From assembly GCA_036141575.1 (NCBI GenBank), contig JAYZXF010000017.1:78077-142076 (forward strand): a DNA stretch of 64,000 nt, written 5' to 3'. The position numbers were made by a program, and so were the translations under genes. Shown here piece by piece: positions 63,022-64,000 of this stretch; the stretch's first letter is position 1; each line of letters opens with the position of its first letter. This DNA is from Pseudomonadota bacterium. Lineage in GTDB: Bacteria; Pseudomonadota; Alphaproteobacteria; UBA2136; JAPKEQ01. The notes below the pieces were generated by a model. The model worked only from the letters and a program-made list of their open reading frames with translations, was not told the origin of the DNA and did no database searches.

Positions 63022-64000
63022 ATGCCTGCTGTTGTTGTTGCGGCTGCTGGATACGCAGCTGCTCAAGGAGCTGCCGCTCTTGGACTCAGTGCAGCCACTG
63101 CTGCTTTTGCTGCTACTGCTGCCAGTACTGTGGTTGCAGCCTCTATGGCGCCAAGCAGAAGTGCATTAACTGGAAATCCTGGCCTTTCAACAACACTTAG
63201 AAGCAGCACCGAGAGCCATAAGGTGATTTATGGAACAGCCCGTACCGGTGGCGTGATTGTGCATATTAATACGGCAGATTCAACCGTGTACCCTGTTATG
63301 AATATAGAGGGGGAGGAAGAAGATTTCCTATATAAGCGTACCAACGGTATCCTTTATATGGTTGTGGCCTTTGCAGGCCATGAGGTTGAGAGTCTAGAGA
63401 CGATTTACCTTGATGGTATTCCCCTTACATTAGATGCAGAAGGAAATGTGACCAATACAGACTTTATTGGCCCAACAGATCAACATCTTGTGAATGTGAA
63501 GTTCTATACAGGGGAGAGTACTCAAACCGCAGATCCTGATATGATCCGTGATTTAGAGGAGTGGACAGACGCACACCGTCTGCAAGGTATCGCCTATGCC
63601 CGTATTAGACTTATCTATAATGATAAAGCCTACCCAAACGGTATTCCAAACATTACCGCTAAGATTAAAGGCAAGAAGCTTTATGACCCACGCACAGGCA
63701 GTACGGCTCACTCAGATAACTGGGCCCTTGCTGTAAGAGACTATCTAACGAACCCTACATATGGCCTTGGGTGTCATATCGATGAAATTCATGAAGACTC
63801 TATTATCGCCAGTGCAAATATCTCAGATGAGAGTATCCCCCTTAAAGAAGGAGGCACGATTAAGCGCTACACAGTGAATGGTGTTCTGGATACAGGGAAT
63901 ACACCGCTTATGCTCCTTGAAACTCTTACAGGGGCAGGTGCGGGTGCCTTGCCATATATTGATGGAACCTTCCGTGTGCTTGCTGGGGTATATGATATGC
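63022..64000 (+). CDS. phage-tail / host-specificity protein J-like protein (GTA ORFg15-like), 3' truncated by the window end
   Basis: Ala-rich N-terminus 'MPAVVVAAAGYAAAQGAAALGLSAA' and 'SDNWALAVRDYLTNPTYGLG', which matches the lambda gpJ / GTA g15 block '..NMAWCLWDMLTHPRYGMG'. No stop before 64000. Confidence 0.6.
   Translation, partial: MPAVVVAAAGYAAAQGAAALGLSAATAAFAATAASTVVAASMAPSRSALTGNPGLSTTLRSSTESHKVIYGTARTGGVIVHINTADSTVYPVMNIEGEEEDFLYKRTNGILYMVVAFAGHEVESLETIYLDGIPLTLDAEGNVTNTDFIGPTDQHLVNVKFYTGESTQTADPDMIRDLEEWTDAHRLQGIAYARIRLIYNDKAYPNGIPNITAKIKGKKLYDPRTGSTAHSDNWALAVRDYLTNPTYGLGCHIDEIHEDSIIASANISDESIPLKEGGTIKRYTVNGVLDTGNTPLMLLETLTGAGAGALPYIDGTFRVLAGVYDM

Overview
A 64-kb chromosomal segment at roughly 46% GC. 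Gene content and organisation (split pntAA/pntAB, a ShlB/FhaC-type two-partner secretion pair, a GTA-like tail protein) fit a proteobacterium, probably a marine alphaproteobacterium; that is an inference only. The housekeeping genes I can recognise are rplM-rpsI, tpiA-secG, class I fructose-bisphosphate aldolase, pntAA-pntAB-pntB, ppiD, a DEAD-box helicase, cspA-like, nfu, cutA, YbjQ, YegD-like Hsp70, an M48 protease, bactofilin and a gamma-CA-like hexapeptide protein.

The unusual content is as follows:
- At 5637-7670(-) an XRE-type HTH domain is fused to a full-length RuBisCO large-subunit-like protein, with a RuBisCO small-subunit-like gene immediately downstream. Every canonical carboxylase active-site residue of the large-subunit-like protein is substituted. 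A perfect 18-bp palindrome sits at its ribosome-binding site. About 4.5 kb of uncharacterised helical proteins lie downstream on the same strand.
- An eight-member family of secreted proteins is scattered across the window. Members share an N-terminal '(S/A)EG(I/L)(S/A)RQ(L/V)xS(L/V)K' coiled-coil module and a two-Cys loop, with variable cysteine-rich C-termini. One ends in a Hint (intein-like) autoprocessing domain.
- A three-gene tandem paralog set at 17056-19121 shares an 'EWQxLC' motif.
- Five tandem small membrane-protein paralogs lie at 32281-34170.
- A convergent pair of paralogous lipoproteins lies at 49621-50752.
- A roughly 400-bp intergenic repeat element occurs in four copies. Its hairpin core shows compensatory stem substitutions between copies.
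- Two strongly GC-rich, probably horizontally acquired genes sit next to 28-nt identical terminator hairpins.
- The DEAD-box helicase has a 45-bp tandem repeat encoding about ten 15-aa RG/D-rich repeats.
- A gene transfer agent (GTA) ORFg15-like / phage host-specificity (gpJ-like) gene starts at the right edge.

No rRNA, tRNA or CRISPR array could be supported.
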